A DNA stretch of 64,000 nt, taken from the IMG/VR virus record IMGVR_UViG_3300031088_000008, positions 256,001-320,000 of that record, one strand, 5' to 3'. This document shows positions 37,241 to 46,775 of this stretch, one piece after another (the first letter of the stretch is position 1; every line of letters starts with the position of its first letter). The notes beneath the pieces are model-generated. The model had not been told where the DNA came from and ran no database searches. It worked only from the letters and a program-made list of their open reading frames with translations. The stretch is from a virus (taxonomy: Duplodnaviria; Caudoviricetes). A program made the position numbers and the translations under genes.

Positions 37241-37396
37241 TCAATTCTTTAGGATTTTGCAAGCGTCCTTGCAGCAGGAACCGCAACGGACGGCACAGCC
37301 AAGCCATTGGTACGCTTGATGAGGAGACTTCATCCCAGCAGCTTTTGCGCTGGTGATCTTTGCGGTGTTCAAGTTGTTACAGACGCAAATGACCAT
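37241..37396 (-). CDS. bfd: Bfd-like [2Fe-2S] ferredoxin (51 aa, missed by ORF track)
   Basis: MVICVCNNL...YQWLGCAVRCGSCCKDA (CxC...CxxC); GGGGAGG RBS; TAAATA motif upstream. Confidence 0.8.
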   Translation of the reverse strand: MVICVCNNLNTAKITSAKAAGMKSPHQAYQWLGCAVRCGSCCKDACKILKN

Positions 37397-37449
37397 TGGA
37401 TCCTCCCCTGCTTCAACTCTATTTAAGAGGAGCGGGGCTGGGGGTCAAC

Positions 37450-37725
37450 CTATTCTCTGCTCAGCTTGAACATCATGGCGCTTTGAATTCCATGCTTCTT
37501 TGCATGAAGATATACGTCGCCGGCTCGCACCAAGCGGATCAAGACCATGTTGTATTTGGTTGTTGGACGCATGTTGCCATCTAGCATTTCCTTGGCATGC
37601 TCGTAACATTGCCGCATGGTACCAGGGGGACGATTGGGCGCCTTTCCAACCATCATGGTAGCACGATAGGCCACGTACTCCTCGAACGCGGCCTTGAACT
37701 GTTCACGCAGGTCGTCGACTTTCAC
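37450..37725 (-). CDS. small protein with AxxFKL tail
   Basis: ends HGIQSAMMFKLSRE. Confidence 0.65.
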   Translation of the reverse strand: MKVDDLREQFKAAFEEYVAYRATMMVGKAPNRPPGTMRQCYEHAKEMLDGNMRPTTKYNMVLIRLVRAGDVYLHAKKHGIQSAMMFKLSRE

Positions 37726-38012
37726 GCTGCCATCTTCTCCAAAACATCGGGCACCAACTGCCATGCTTCCACTCGGACAGTTTCGCCACCTACGACTTCG
37801 AAGCGGAACTTCTGCCAATTCTCATCATAAGCAACCGTAAAGCGTCGGTCGCTCATATCGGTGTCCTTTACGCACTCGTGCGTCCGGTAGATCGTCCGGA
37901 GGCGTTCCAAGTTGCGCTGGCCTAGCTTGAGCGCAATGCCCTGGAGACCATAAACGAGAATGCGCTCTGCGTCCAGGAAATATACATCACCTGCTTCTGG
38001 CTTAACGTTCAT
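37722..38012 (-). CDS. hypothetical protein
   Basis: AGGAGATCGAAG ATG. Confidence 0.7.
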   Translation of the reverse strand: MNVKPEAGDVYFLDAERILVYGLQGIALKLGQRNLERLRTIYRTHECVKDTDMSDRRFTVAYDENWQKFRFEVVGGETVRVEAWQLVPDVLEKMAA

Positions 38013-38124
38013 CTTCGATCTCCTTCTAAGCATCTTCTATACTCTATATAACACCCGTCAACCAGGTTTGTTGCAAGGAGACCAAAAGAATGTGACTAAA
38101 TAGGGTGAAGATACGGAGGACCAA

Positions 38125-39807
38125 ATGGCCATTGTCTCGCGTCAGATTGCACTGAATGTTGCCCAGGGAACATTCAATGGAAACTATTCATCTACCAACC
38201 ATGTTCGCCTAACGGACAACAGAATGGTGATCCTCTACAACATCACCGGGGTCTCACCTGACCTTTACACCAGAACCTTTCTGGTCGTTGATATGCCCGA
38301 CGGCCTTGACACCAACATTGCCAGTCCAACCATTACTCGCACGGTTGGTTATCTGGATCGAGAAGCATTTCAGGGAAATGGTGTCAGCGTTGCCCGGCTG
38401 AGTGACACCCGCTTTGTGGTAAGTGAGCCGCGCAGCACGGGAACGGTCAAGCTGGAAATCTTTGAGATTTCGGGGACCACCATCACCCGCGTGTTGAATA
38501 CCACAACGGCTCTCAACACCAATGTTAAAAACAACGTTACCAATGCCAGTCATGTATTGATTCCACTGTCAGACACTACCTTCATTCAGACTTGGTATAA
38601 CACCAACAACCAAACCTCCTATTCAGTTTTTAAGTTCACACCTGCAGTGGTTGGTCCCCCAGCGGTAGCTGCTTCACTGGGTCCAATTCGAACATTCACG
38701 GACTCGGAGGCTGATCTGTTGAGTGATATCTCATGGCAACAGATTCCAGGTACCACGGATGTGATGATTGTCAACAGAACGGTTGCGGCAAACTATTTCT
38801 CCTATGCAACTCGCATCTGGCTGGTAAACAGCATCGGAGGAGGTCTCCGGACACGACTTACCGTTGATGGTGAACCAATGTTCCTGGGCCCCAACCGAAT
38901 GGTTGTAAGCAAATGGGGTCGACAAACCTACCATGATAAAAATGGAACCGTTGAAAGCTGGTCAGTTTCTCAAAACTACAATGGATCCAACGATGACAAT
39001 TATCTATTCCGCCCAATCATTCTGCCACTCAGCAATGACCACCACTTGCAACTACGACGCGAATACTTTCAAACACTAGATACTTCAATGTTCATGAAGG
39101 CAGTTCGGCGCGAGGACAAGAACTTTCACACGATCAGTACCTGGTCGGCCAATAATTGGTGGGGTAAGGTGGTTCCCTCTTCTACATCAGCGACAAAGTT
39201 CACGCTTCCTTTTGATAAGCGGTCACCAATTGTCACCAGCAAGAATAACCTATTGTGGGCAGGATTGTCCGCGGGAACCTATCGTCTGAATATGCTTCAG
39301 CCGATTGCTGATGCACCAGTTAATCCGCCGGCAACCGATCCACTGCCGCAACCCACTCGTGTATTGAACGCACGTTTTCTCTTCAACGACACTACCAAAC
39401 TCCCAGCTAAGATTTCAGTAGCTGGCACAGGCTTCCGATTGCTGAGCTACCCTGATTCTTCAATAGGTACCTCTGGTGTTCTAGCCACACCCGCGCATTT
39501 CGATGGAGCCGCGTTTTCAACTGATTTCACGTTCACATTCCCCGCAGGCATGACCGTTGCGGTTGTCAGGTACCTAGCCCAGTCTGAACCCAGCTATGAC
39601 TTTTATTCAATTAGTATGGCAGGTTTTACCATTCAAGGAAGTCAAAGTGGTTACAACAGTGACGACTTGGTGTTTGTGGAAAGAACGGTACCAATTTCAC
39701 CCTCGGCAACCAGTGCCACGATGAACGTCAGCTATAGAACAGACGGTTCAGCCAATCGAGGCATTGCAGGTGTCTACATTTCCTCGGTGGAGTTCCGTCC
39801 GCTATAA
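38125..39807 (+). CDS. putative virion fibre/receptor-binding protein (beta-rich, extra C-terminal domain)
   Basis: Thr/Ser/Asn-rich; paralog of 39850 and 41941; TAAATA at 38097; C-terminal SEPSYDF...YRTDGS (CUB/MAM-like). Confidence 0.65.
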   Translation: MAIVSRQIALNVAQGTFNGNYSSTNHVRLTDNRMVILYNITGVSPDLYTRTFLVVDMPDGLDTNIASPTITRTVGYLDREAFQGNGVSVARLSDTRFVVSEPRSTGTVKLEIFEISGTTITRVLNTTTALNTNVKNNVTNASHVLIPLSDTTFIQTWYNTNNQTSYSVFKFTPAVVGPPAVAASLGPIRTFTDSEADLLSDISWQQIPGTTDVMIVNRTVAANYFSYATRIWLVNSIGGGLRTRLTVDGEPMFLGPNRMVVSKWGRQTYHDKNGTVESWSVSQNYNGSNDDNYLFRPIILPLSNDHHLQLRREYFQTLDTSMFMKAVRREDKNFHTISTWSANNWWGKVVPSSTSATKFTLPFDKRSPIVTSKNNLLWAGLSAGTYRLNMLQPIADAPVNPPATDPLPQPTRVLNARFLFNDTTKLPAKISVAGTGFRLLSYPDSSIGTSGVLATPAHFDGAAFSTDFTFTFPAGMTVAVVRYLAQSEPSYDFYSISMAGFTIQGSQSGYNSDDLVFVERTVPISPSATSATMNVSYRTDGSANRGIAGVYISSVEFRPL

Positions 39808-39849
39808 TAGCGAACATTGAATAAATATGAAAAGCAATAGGAGCAAAAT

Positions 39850-41133
39850 ATGGCTGAGGTAATTACACGAAGCATTCCTGCCATTCCCTACAATGGTGGA
39901 ACACTTAGGACCGCGCAGCCCTATTCGGCAGCCGTCCAGCTAACCCCAACTCGCATGATCTGGACTTACTGTCAGAGTGCTCCTGATTGGCGTTACTTTG
40001 TGGTTGTTGACACTCCAGAAGGTTGGGCCAATGGCGGCACACCAACGGTCACTGTCTCGCGTATGCAGGATCAGAAGACCTACAGGGGCCTGAGCCTTCA
40101 GATGGTACGTCTAAACGACAACGCCTTTATGATCATGGATCTTCAAAGTCTTCAGAGCAATAACTGGTCCTATGAAGTTTTTGAGATCAACGCCGATAAC
40201 GTGTTCACCAGGACTGCAACCAATCTAGACGCCTACGATGTTGTGCAGACTCAGATCTCCAACTCCACTGGCTACCTAAATTCCGCACAGACTGGTACCA
40301 ATGCCAAGTACACCAATGTCGCGACATTGGTTCCACTTGCAGACAATCAGTTTCTCTTTGCTGGGTTCAACAATACCTCAGTGGTCAGTGTCTCAGGCGT
40401 ATGTACCTACAATACCACAACCAAGGTGGTGACATTCAATAATAGTAATCTGGTTGCCCTAGGCTCATTCAATAATGCTGGCTCTGCCAACTCCGCGGAA
40501 GTTTACTGGCGCTCGATCCCCAACAGCACCAAGAAGGCTATCACGTTTAAGACTGCTAACACCTTGGCTGCATGGAATGGCACCGCGATGCAGTTCCAGA
40601 TCCTGGTAGTCAATGCCGATGGTACGATTGCAGCCAACTATCCACGTTTTGAGAACTCGCTGGGTAACTCACTTGTCACTCAAGCACAGGACATGGCTAT
40701 GATGTCCGACACTCGTATGGCTCGCACGTCCTGGACTTGGAACTATTACTATGGATTGAGTGGTGGTACAACTAGCACCGTGGGAACCGCAACCAATGAT
40801 GGCTTTGGTAGCTTTACTTCAACGCAATCCCCCAATCCACAGTTGGCGTTTCCAATGGACCCCAACTATGTGATGCTGTGGGATCGTACCCACTTTGCCA
40901 GCGCAACCAGCGGCAACATCAAGATCAAGATCACCCGTCGCGATGATGCCAACATGGCAAGTCAGAGTCCAGGAAGCGCCATCAGTGCAACTGGCTTTGA
41001 AGTAACGGCTCCCTGGATCCAGACTTGGTACAATGACAGTCGCCCCCGCATGTTGCCAAATGGCGATGTGTTTTGGTGGGGACTTGATGCTTCAGGCAAA
41101 CTGGCCTGGAACATTTTGAAGAATGCATCGTAA
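39850..41133 (+). CDS. putative virion beta-propeller-like protein
   Basis: Shares V.L...RM.W.Y.Q..P.W and K..RR.D.N motifs with paralogs; TAAATA at 39822. Confidence 0.65.
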   Translation: MAEVITRSIPAIPYNGGTLRTAQPYSAAVQLTPTRMIWTYCQSAPDWRYFVVVDTPEGWANGGTPTVTVSRMQDQKTYRGLSLQMVRLNDNAFMIMDLQSLQSNNWSYEVFEINADNVFTRTATNLDAYDVVQTQISNSTGYLNSAQTGTNAKYTNVATLVPLADNQFLFAGFNNTSVVSVSGVCTYNTTTKVVTFNNSNLVALGSFNNAGSANSAEVYWRSIPNSTKKAITFKTANTLAAWNGTAMQFQILVVNADGTIAANYPRFENSLGNSLVTQAQDMAMMSDTRMARTSWTWNYYYGLSGGTTSTVGTATNDGFGSFTSTQSPNPQLAFPMDPNYVMLWDRTHFASATSGNIKIKITRRDDANMASQSPGSAISATGFEVTAPWIQTWYNDSRPRMLPNGDVFWWGLDASGKLAWNILKNAS

Positions 41134-41158
41134 GATATGAGCGTTAGGATAAGTGTTA

Positions 41159-41182
41159 GGAGTGGGTGGAAACCCCCACTCC
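41159..41182 (+). terminator. hairpin between structural genes
   Basis: GGAGTGGG-TGGAAACC-CCCACTCC. Confidence 0.5.
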
Positions 41183-41229
41183 TAAAGATCAGATCGATGA
41201 AGAAGCCTGTTCGTCCCCAGGAATGGTGG

Positions 41230-41937
41230 ATGGCAACAAACCTCTTTGTCAAGAGTACTCCAGCATCCCGACCCGCTACCGGCAACTATGCGGCAACTGA
41301 TCAACCCGCAGACATCATGGCGTGGAACAACACCGGTCGAGTGGTTAATGGTGCGGGAGTTCGTCCCGCTACTGGAAACTACGTGGCAACCGATCAACCC
41401 GCAGACATCAATCAGTGGGGCATCACCGGTGCTACCCAGCAGGCAACCGATATCCAGAGACTTGTCGCTGGTAATTACAACTATGAGAGCACTCCGCCGG
41501 CCGATAATGCTTGGTGGGATGAGACTTCAGCGGTTGTCCGCAGCGCACCAAGCGTTCCAGCGCCAACGAGTGCCCGCTATGCTCAAAGCCAGACCACACC
41601 CACTGATAACAACTGGTGGGATGAAACAACGGGAACAATCGTTGGAGCCAGCTCTGCTCGACCAACCAATGCCCAGTATGCACAAAGTCAGGCCACACCA
41701 GAGAACAATAACTGGTGGGATGAGACAACTGGCACAACAGCATCCGCCAATATCGCGGCGCCCACAAGCGCTCAATATGCCCAAGACCAAACAACACCAG
41801 TGGACAATACCTGGTGGGATGAAACAACAGCGACCTCGGTTGCTCCACCATCCACATCGCGACCAGCCAGTGCTGATTATGCCTATGATCAGCCAACGCC
41901 GGCTCCAAACGATTGGATGACCTATCAAGGAGGATAA
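41230..41937 (+). CDS. repeat protein, about seven ~33-aa units
   Basis: RP..A.YA..Q.TP.DN.WWDETT units. Confidence 0.8.
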   Translation: MATNLFVKSTPASRPATGNYAATDQPADIMAWNNTGRVVNGAGVRPATGNYVATDQPADINQWGITGATQQATDIQRLVAGNYNYESTPPADNAWWDETSAVVRSAPSVPAPTSARYAQSQTTPTDNNWWDETTGTIVGASSARPTNAQYAQSQATPENNNWWDETTGTTASANIAAPTSAQYAQDQTTPVDNTWWDETTATSVAPPSTSRPASADYAYDQPTPAPNDWMTYQGG

Positions 41938-41940
41938 AAG

Positions 41941-43158
41941 ATGGCAACTACAGTTCGCTCAATTGGTGCAATGCCCTTTCAGGGTGGTTCATTCAACACC
42001 GACAAGACCGGTCATGGAATGGTTCGCCTGTCCACATCGCGTATGGTCTGGCTTTACTATCAGACCTCTCCCAACTGGCTCGCGGCCAGTGTCATCGACG
42101 TCTCGGGTGGCATCACCAGTCAGGGTACTGCCACGCTGACCAATCAGCAGCTACTGATGCCTTTGACGCAGAGCAATTACATGACCTGCGCTCGAATCAA
42201 TCAGACCACGTTTATGATGATGACTGGCGTCTACACTGGCAACATGAGCTGGTACGTCTTTGAGGTTGATCCTCAGGGAGTATTCACTCGCGTTGACATG
42301 GGTCAGTTTGGCTTTGGAACCACTACCACGGCTGTCACGCTGGCAACGTTTGCTCAAACCAATTTTAAGATTGTTGAACTCAAGGACAACCTCGTGATGT
42401 ATGTTGCACAAGGTACCAATGGTTCTTCGAGCAGCACAACACAGGGTGTCAAGGGAACCTACAACACCACAACCAAGACAATGGCGTGGGACGTTGCGCC
42501 AACCATCTTGTTTTCCAACTTGATCAACAACTGCGAGATCACCGCTAGGCCCATTCCTGGACGTGATCTAACACTAATTCAGCACCGTTACTTTAGTAGT
42601 GGTGTGGGCGAACTTCGCGGTGCAACTGGTGTGGTAATCAACAACCAAACTGGTGCCATTCAAGTACCATGGAACAAGCTACCTGTGGCAACTGCCAACA
42701 TTGGTCTAGGAGATATGGTACCACTACCTGGTGACCGCATGGCATACTTGACCAGCAATTACAGCATCGCGTGGGTCTCAATTGATTACACGGCTGGCAG
42801 TTTTATCAGCCTAGGTTCCAGCGGCTTTACCAACGTGACCGCCATTGATACTGCGGGTCACTACTTGTTGCCGCTGACAACCGACTATGTGTTGAAGATG
42901 ACTCGCAACTCCCTGAGCAACCCAGTGAACTTTCCTCACCGGTTCAAGGTTATCCGCCGAGTGGATCAGAACATGAATGAACAGAGTGCTGCCAGTTCTC
43001 AGAACGGCAACACAGGCTTCAGTCTAAATGGAACGCCAACAACTTACGCGAACTTCCATCAGACCTATCCTGAGTTCATTGATGGCAAGGTTGTCTGGTT
43101 TGGTCTTGACCGTAACAATAACCAGTTCAGCTGGACCGTTGTTGGCTTGGAACCCTAA
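41941..43158 (+). CDS. putative virion beta-propeller-like protein
   Basis: Paralog of 39850 (MVRLSTSRMVWLYYQTSPNW; KVIRRVDQNM; VVWFGLD). Confidence 0.65.
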   Translation: MATTVRSIGAMPFQGGSFNTDKTGHGMVRLSTSRMVWLYYQTSPNWLAASVIDVSGGITSQGTATLTNQQLLMPLTQSNYMTCARINQTTFMMMTGVYTGNMSWYVFEVDPQGVFTRVDMGQFGFGTTTTAVTLATFAQTNFKIVELKDNLVMYVAQGTNGSSSSTTQGVKGTYNTTTKTMAWDVAPTILFSNLINNCEITARPIPGRDLTLIQHRYFSSGVGELRGATGVVINNQTGAIQVPWNKLPVATANIGLGDMVPLPGDRMAYLTSNYSIAWVSIDYTAGSFISLGSSGFTNVTAIDTAGHYLLPLTTDYVLKMTRNSLSNPVNFPHRFKVIRRVDQNMNEQSAASSQNGNTGFSLNGTPTTYANFHQTYPEFIDGKVVWFGLDRNNNQFSWTVVGLEP

Positions 43159-43173
43159 GCCCACAATCTAGTG

Positions 43174-43422
43174 TTAAATTGGGCCGGGAGTCTCGTCGGG
43201 CATACGCAACGCGGTTGCTTGTTCGGCGAGATTCTCGGCTCCTTGCTGAGTCCACGTGGCGATCTTCAGCATCTTGTCCGCGACCTCTCCACCCATCTTT
43301 TCGATCACCGCGGGGCTCATGTCCGATACCCTTGCCAGCACCGAACCATCAGGCTCTAGGAAGAGGTCAAGACTTACGACGTGGTACCCTTTGGGAGTGG
43401 GGAATTGCAAGAGCTTGGCCAT
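43174..43422 (-). CDS. hypothetical protein
   Basis: AAGGAAAG upstream; MAKLLQFP start. Confidence 0.65.
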   Translation of the reverse strand: MAKLLQFPTPKGYHVVSLDLFLEPDGSVLARVSDMSPAVIEKMGGEVADKMLKIATWTQQGAENLAEQATALRMPDETPGPI

Positions 43423-43741
43423 TTTCTCGTCTTTCCTTTAGGGCCGCGCTGGCCTCAACCATCTTCCGCGTTGCTTCGTGGAAGATTGCTTCGATCATGA
43501 TACGCGGATACCTTGGATCTTGCAAGTCCTCGACCAGCTTGGCTCGCGTTTCGATCACAGCCCTACGGCGTGCGGTACGACGCGGCTCCTTGCCCCCGGC
43601 GTCACAGTAGTCGGTCATGTCGAAGGCCCCCACGATGGCCCGGGCAAGCTGCTCCACCGTTGTGCCCTTGAGCGTGGGGTCCAGTCGATCGATCTGCGCC
43701 TGCTCTGCGGCGGCGATGCCCTCAGGCGAAAGATCCAGCAT
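43367..43741 (-). CDS. hypothetical protein
   Basis: TGATG coupling. Confidence 0.6.
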   Translation of the reverse strand: MLDLSPEGIAAAEQAQIDRLDPTLKGTTVEQLARAIVGAFDMTDYCDAGGKEPRRTARRRAVIETRAKLVEDLQDPRYPRIMIEAIFHEATRKMVEASAALKERRENGQALAIPHSQRVPRRKS

Positions 43742-43974
43742 CAGTGCACCAAGCTGTAGAGCTTGAGGAGATCAACACCGAATTCCTGAGAAACCAGCTG
43801 GCGAACGCGAGCTTTGGCACGATCCACCTCACGACTCTTTTGCTCCAGCAATCCGCCGGCTCGACGGATCTCGGTGTAGCGGGAATCATTGGTGGTGTCG
43901 TAACCTTCACGACGGAGAGCCTTTAGCTCATTGGAAAGTCGTTCCAGTTTATCGACTTCGGGCCGTGCGTTCAC
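43741..43974 (-). CDS. hypothetical coiled-coil protein
   Basis: AAGGAG RBS. Confidence 0.65.
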   Translation of the reverse strand: MNARPEVDKLERLSNELKALRREGYDTTNDSRYTEIRRAGGLLEQKSREVDRAKARVRQLVSQEFGVDLLKLYSLVH

Positions 43975-43988
43975 GATCGGTTCTCCTT

Positions 43989-44213
43989 TTAGAGGACGTT
44001 GGGGCCCTGAGGACCAAAGCTCATCTTCAGCGGTTTCCGGGTCTTCTTCTCGACCACTCGGCTGCGCGCCGTATTCCCGGTTGCATCTGCGTCCTCGTAG
44101 AGCGTCTCGATCTGGTCGATCAGCTTGTCCATCTGGGCTGCACCAGCGTTGTGGCGGGCCACTGCACCAGGGGTCAACGTTGCCGCTGCTGCCATCAGGA
44201 TCATCGAGAACAT
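43989..44213 (-). CDS. small secreted hypothetical protein
   Basis: Promoter cassette; signal-like N-terminus. Confidence 0.65.
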   Translation of the reverse strand: MFSMILMAAAATLTPGAVARHNAGAAQMDKLIDQIETLYEDADATGNTARSRVVEKKTRKPLKMSFGPQGPNVL

Positions 44214-44274
44214 TTTCTACTCCGTGTTTGCCTATACACCAGAGTTAGCACCAGGATCCTGTGCGTCAACCAGT

Positions 44275-44496
44275 TTAATCATACCATCCGGTTGAATGAT
44301 GGAAGCCACGTTTCCACACGGGCACGAAGAACACGTAATAGGTTATCAGCCCATTGTATTGCGCGCCATGGACCATCACGTAATCGGGATGGGTGTACCA
44401 TTTTCTCTGGGTTCCCAGCAGTCGCCCAAAATTGGGACGAACGCCCATCAGGAACATAAAGGCCAAGAGGGCAATCAGAAGATACCAACCAGCCAT
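44275..44496 (-). CDS. small membrane protein
   Basis: N-terminal TM. Confidence 0.55.
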   Translation of the reverse strand: MAGWYLLIALLAFMFLMGVRPNFGRLLGTQRKWYTHPDYVMVHGAQYNGLITYYVFFVPVWKRGFHHSTGWYD

Positions 44497-44499
44497 CTC

Positions 44500-44775
44500 T
44501 TATCCTTGCTGAAGCTTATAGAGGGTTGCGGCGGCCATGCCCTGCTCTTTTGCGATCTTGATACACATGGCCATTACACAAAGCTGACGGCAGAGTTTGG
44601 GATCCTCACCAACCAGCGTCCACTGCTCGTCTTTGAATGGCTTGTACATGTTCATGTCCTCACACCAGCTGTCCAGGACTCGCTGGGGCGGAACTCGGTC
44701 AACGTAGGCAACCCGAGGATAGTTACGCTTGTTCATCAGTTCGTTGAACTTGCGGTAAAGATCCTCGATCACCAT
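44500..44775 (-). CDS. small protein with AxxYKL tail
   Basis: ends EQGMAAATLYKLQQG. Confidence 0.65.
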   Translation of the reverse strand: MVIEDLYRKFNELMNKRNYPRVAYVDRVPPQRVLDSWCEDMNMYKPFKDEQWTLVGEDPKLCRQLCVMAMCIKIAKEQGMAAATLYKLQQG

Positions 44776-45038
44776 CAATCGTCTTCCTCGTCGGCGTAGA
44801 TTTCCCACTTGATGCGGGGATCCAGATCCAGGATCTGCTGGTGGAGGAACGCGAGGTCCTTGAAGTCTCGGTCGTCCTGACCGGTATCGCCCTCGTACTC
44901 GACTTCGCGAACCTCTCCCGAGACTCCACCATCGCCGCAGCGGCCGTAGTCGCTGTCGCCCATCAGGCGATCGAGTTCATCTTCCAGTTCCTCATTGGGC
45001 TCTTCATCGCCCGTCAGGGGATAGCTCAGGCTAATCAT
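44775..45038 (-). CDS. acidic hypothetical protein
   Basis: AAGGAGAGATCGA ATG. Confidence 0.7.
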   Translation of the reverse strand: MISLSYPLTGDEEPNEELEDELDRLMGDSDYGRCGDGGVSGEVREVEYEGDTGQDDRDFKDLAFLHQQILDLDPRIKWEIYADEEDD

Positions 45039-45049
45039 TCGATCTCTCC

Positions 45050-45298
45050 TTAATCTCGGTGGCCGATGCCACGTTCCCAATAGCGGGCTTCCGGCCCACA
45101 AGTGTTGAAACCCAGTTTGCGCCACAGCCAGGACCGCTGGGTATCGCAGCGCGCAGGCGCGATCACTCCCGGACCCTCAACCAGTGTATGACGAGGTCGA
45201 AGGTGTGGGCTGACACATTTCCGGTTCTGCCCGGCCGGCCAGCTTCCACCATTCCACCTGCAACCAAAGCAGGTCTTGCCCTGTCCAGGTTCGATCAT
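45050..45298 (-). CDS. small Cys-rich protein
   Basis: CFGCRW...C...C...CGPEARYWE. Confidence 0.65.
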   Translation of the reverse strand: MIEPGQGKTCFGCRWNGGSWPAGQNRKCVSPHLRPRHTLVEGPGVIAPARCDTQRSWLWRKLGFNTCGPEARYWERGIGHRD

Positions 45299-45930
45299 AC
45301 GAGCTCCCACGCGGGATCCTTGACCGGCTGTCGGGCGAAGAACTTCTCGATCATCGCCTTGACATCCTGGAACAACTGGGGATCACCCTCGGTCAATCCG
45401 GGCAACACGTCTGCCTTTTCCTGCACCCACTTCCGAGCAAAGCCCGGATCGTGAGCCACGATGCTGGGCAAGTTGCTCTTGATATCAGCGAGCTTGACCG
45501 ACTTCCGCTCCGCCGTTGCAAGCCAGGCATGCTCCTTGTCGAGATTGCGCCGGAATGCCCGGTTGCCATCTTCCAACTTGGAAACATCGCTGCACTCATA
45601 GACCCCGGCGATGATCGAGGCGCAAACCTCGCTGCCAAACTCCTTGAACGCCTCGCCGATGTGCTGGCCGGTTGTGGTCGTGTCCTCAACCACATCGTGC
45701 AGCAGAGCAACCGCAACCGTCACCGGATCATTATCACGGGACTTTGCGATCATCTTGGCCACCTGGATGGGGTGAACCTCGTAATGGGCCTTGCTGTACT
45801 TGCGCCGCTGGCCACCCAGCTCAGGATCAGGCTTCAGCGCGTGGTTGCGGTGAGCGTTGATCATGAACGCCATAGCCTTCACGACTATGGGGTGCTGCAT
45901 CACATCGGTGGTTGTTTCTTCGGTCATCAT
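45295..45930 (-). CDS. HD-domain (p)ppGpp-hydrolase-like protein (SpoT/Mesh1 small alarmone hydrolase fold)
   Basis: AH..QRRKY...Y..HP..VA, ALLHDVVEDT, VKLAD..SN. Confidence 0.85.
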   Translation of the reverse strand: MMTEETTTDVMQHPIVVKAMAFMINAHRNHALKPDPELGGQRRKYSKAHYEVHPIQVAKMIAKSRDNDPVTVAVALLHDVVEDTTTTGQHIGEAFKEFGSEVCASIIAGVYECSDVSKLEDGNRAFRRNLDKEHAWLATAERKSVKLADIKSNLPSIVAHDPGFARKWVQEKADVLPGLTEGDPQLFQDVKAMIEKFFARQPVKDPAWELV

Positions 45931-46035
45931 GTCTGTCTAACACCAGACATTCTTTTGTCAAGCGGCTTAACCGTGCTTTTTCGAGAGTGAAAACCGCTCT
46001 TAAATAATGAACACGCACTTGAGGAGATCGGTCTT

Positions 46036-46596
46036 ATGAAGCATTGCCTAATCGCAGCTTTTGCACTTTTGGCCGGTTGCACAACCGTCCGTGAATCCTA
46101 TCCCAGCCGTACTGCCACGGAGCAGATGCTGATCAGTGAGGCTTCCGAGAATGCCGTTGGTCAGTTGAAGCTGGCTATCCCACTGACACGCGTCTGCTAC
46201 CTAGATACAACCAACTTTGAAGGAGTGGATGCCAAGTATGCAGTGTCTGCTATCCGTCAGAAGCTGATGATGAATGGCCATGCGATCGTTGACAATCGGG
46301 ATAACGCTGACACAATCATTGAGGTTCGTGCTGGTGCGCTTTCCATCAACAGCAAGGGAAAGACCATCACGGTTCCGGGTATCAATCTTGGAAACATGAC
46401 CGGTGGCATTGTGCCAACGTTCAACTCCAGTCAGCTTGCGCGAAAGCTGGACGAAGGCATTGCAAAGTTCAGCGCCTTTGCCTATGACAAGAAGAGTGGA
46501 ACACTTCTAGCAGTCGCGGAGCCCGTTGTTGGTTACAGTCGTCGTGGTCGTTCCAACACCAACTTGGTTCCACCATCAGTGGTCATCAAGCCCTAA
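46036..46596 (+). CDS. lipoprotein (DUF6655-like)
   Basis: Lipobox LLAGC; RTATEQMLIS; IEVRAGALS; TAAATA at 46001. Confidence 0.75.
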   Translation: MKHCLIAAFALLAGCTTVRESYPSRTATEQMLISEASENAVGQLKLAIPLTRVCYLDTTNFEGVDAKYAVSAIRQKLMMNGHAIVDNRDNADTIIEVRAGALSINSKGKTITVPGINLGNMTGGIVPTFNSSQLARKLDEGIAKFSAFAYDKKSGTLLAVAEPVVGYSRRGRSNTNLVPPSVVIKP

Positions 46597-46775
46597 CTGT
46601 ATCGCAGCTTGAACCACACGGCATCTTTGGGCTTTAGATTCCTAGCCCAAACGGTGTTCAAGTCAGCGTCCATGTCAACGTAAACATGGTGTTCTCCTCC
46701 CTGATCGTGAACCCACTGGGTAGCTTCATTGCTGTCCTGTTGGGTTAACGGTCGGGACCAGACGTCCTTAGCCAA
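46593..46775 (-). CDS. DAxxFKL-family small protein
   Basis: ends KPKDAVWFKLRYS. Confidence 0.7.
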   Translation of the reverse strand: MAKDVWSRPLTQQDSNEATQWVHDQGGEHHVYVDMDADLNTVWARNLKPKDAVWFKLRYS

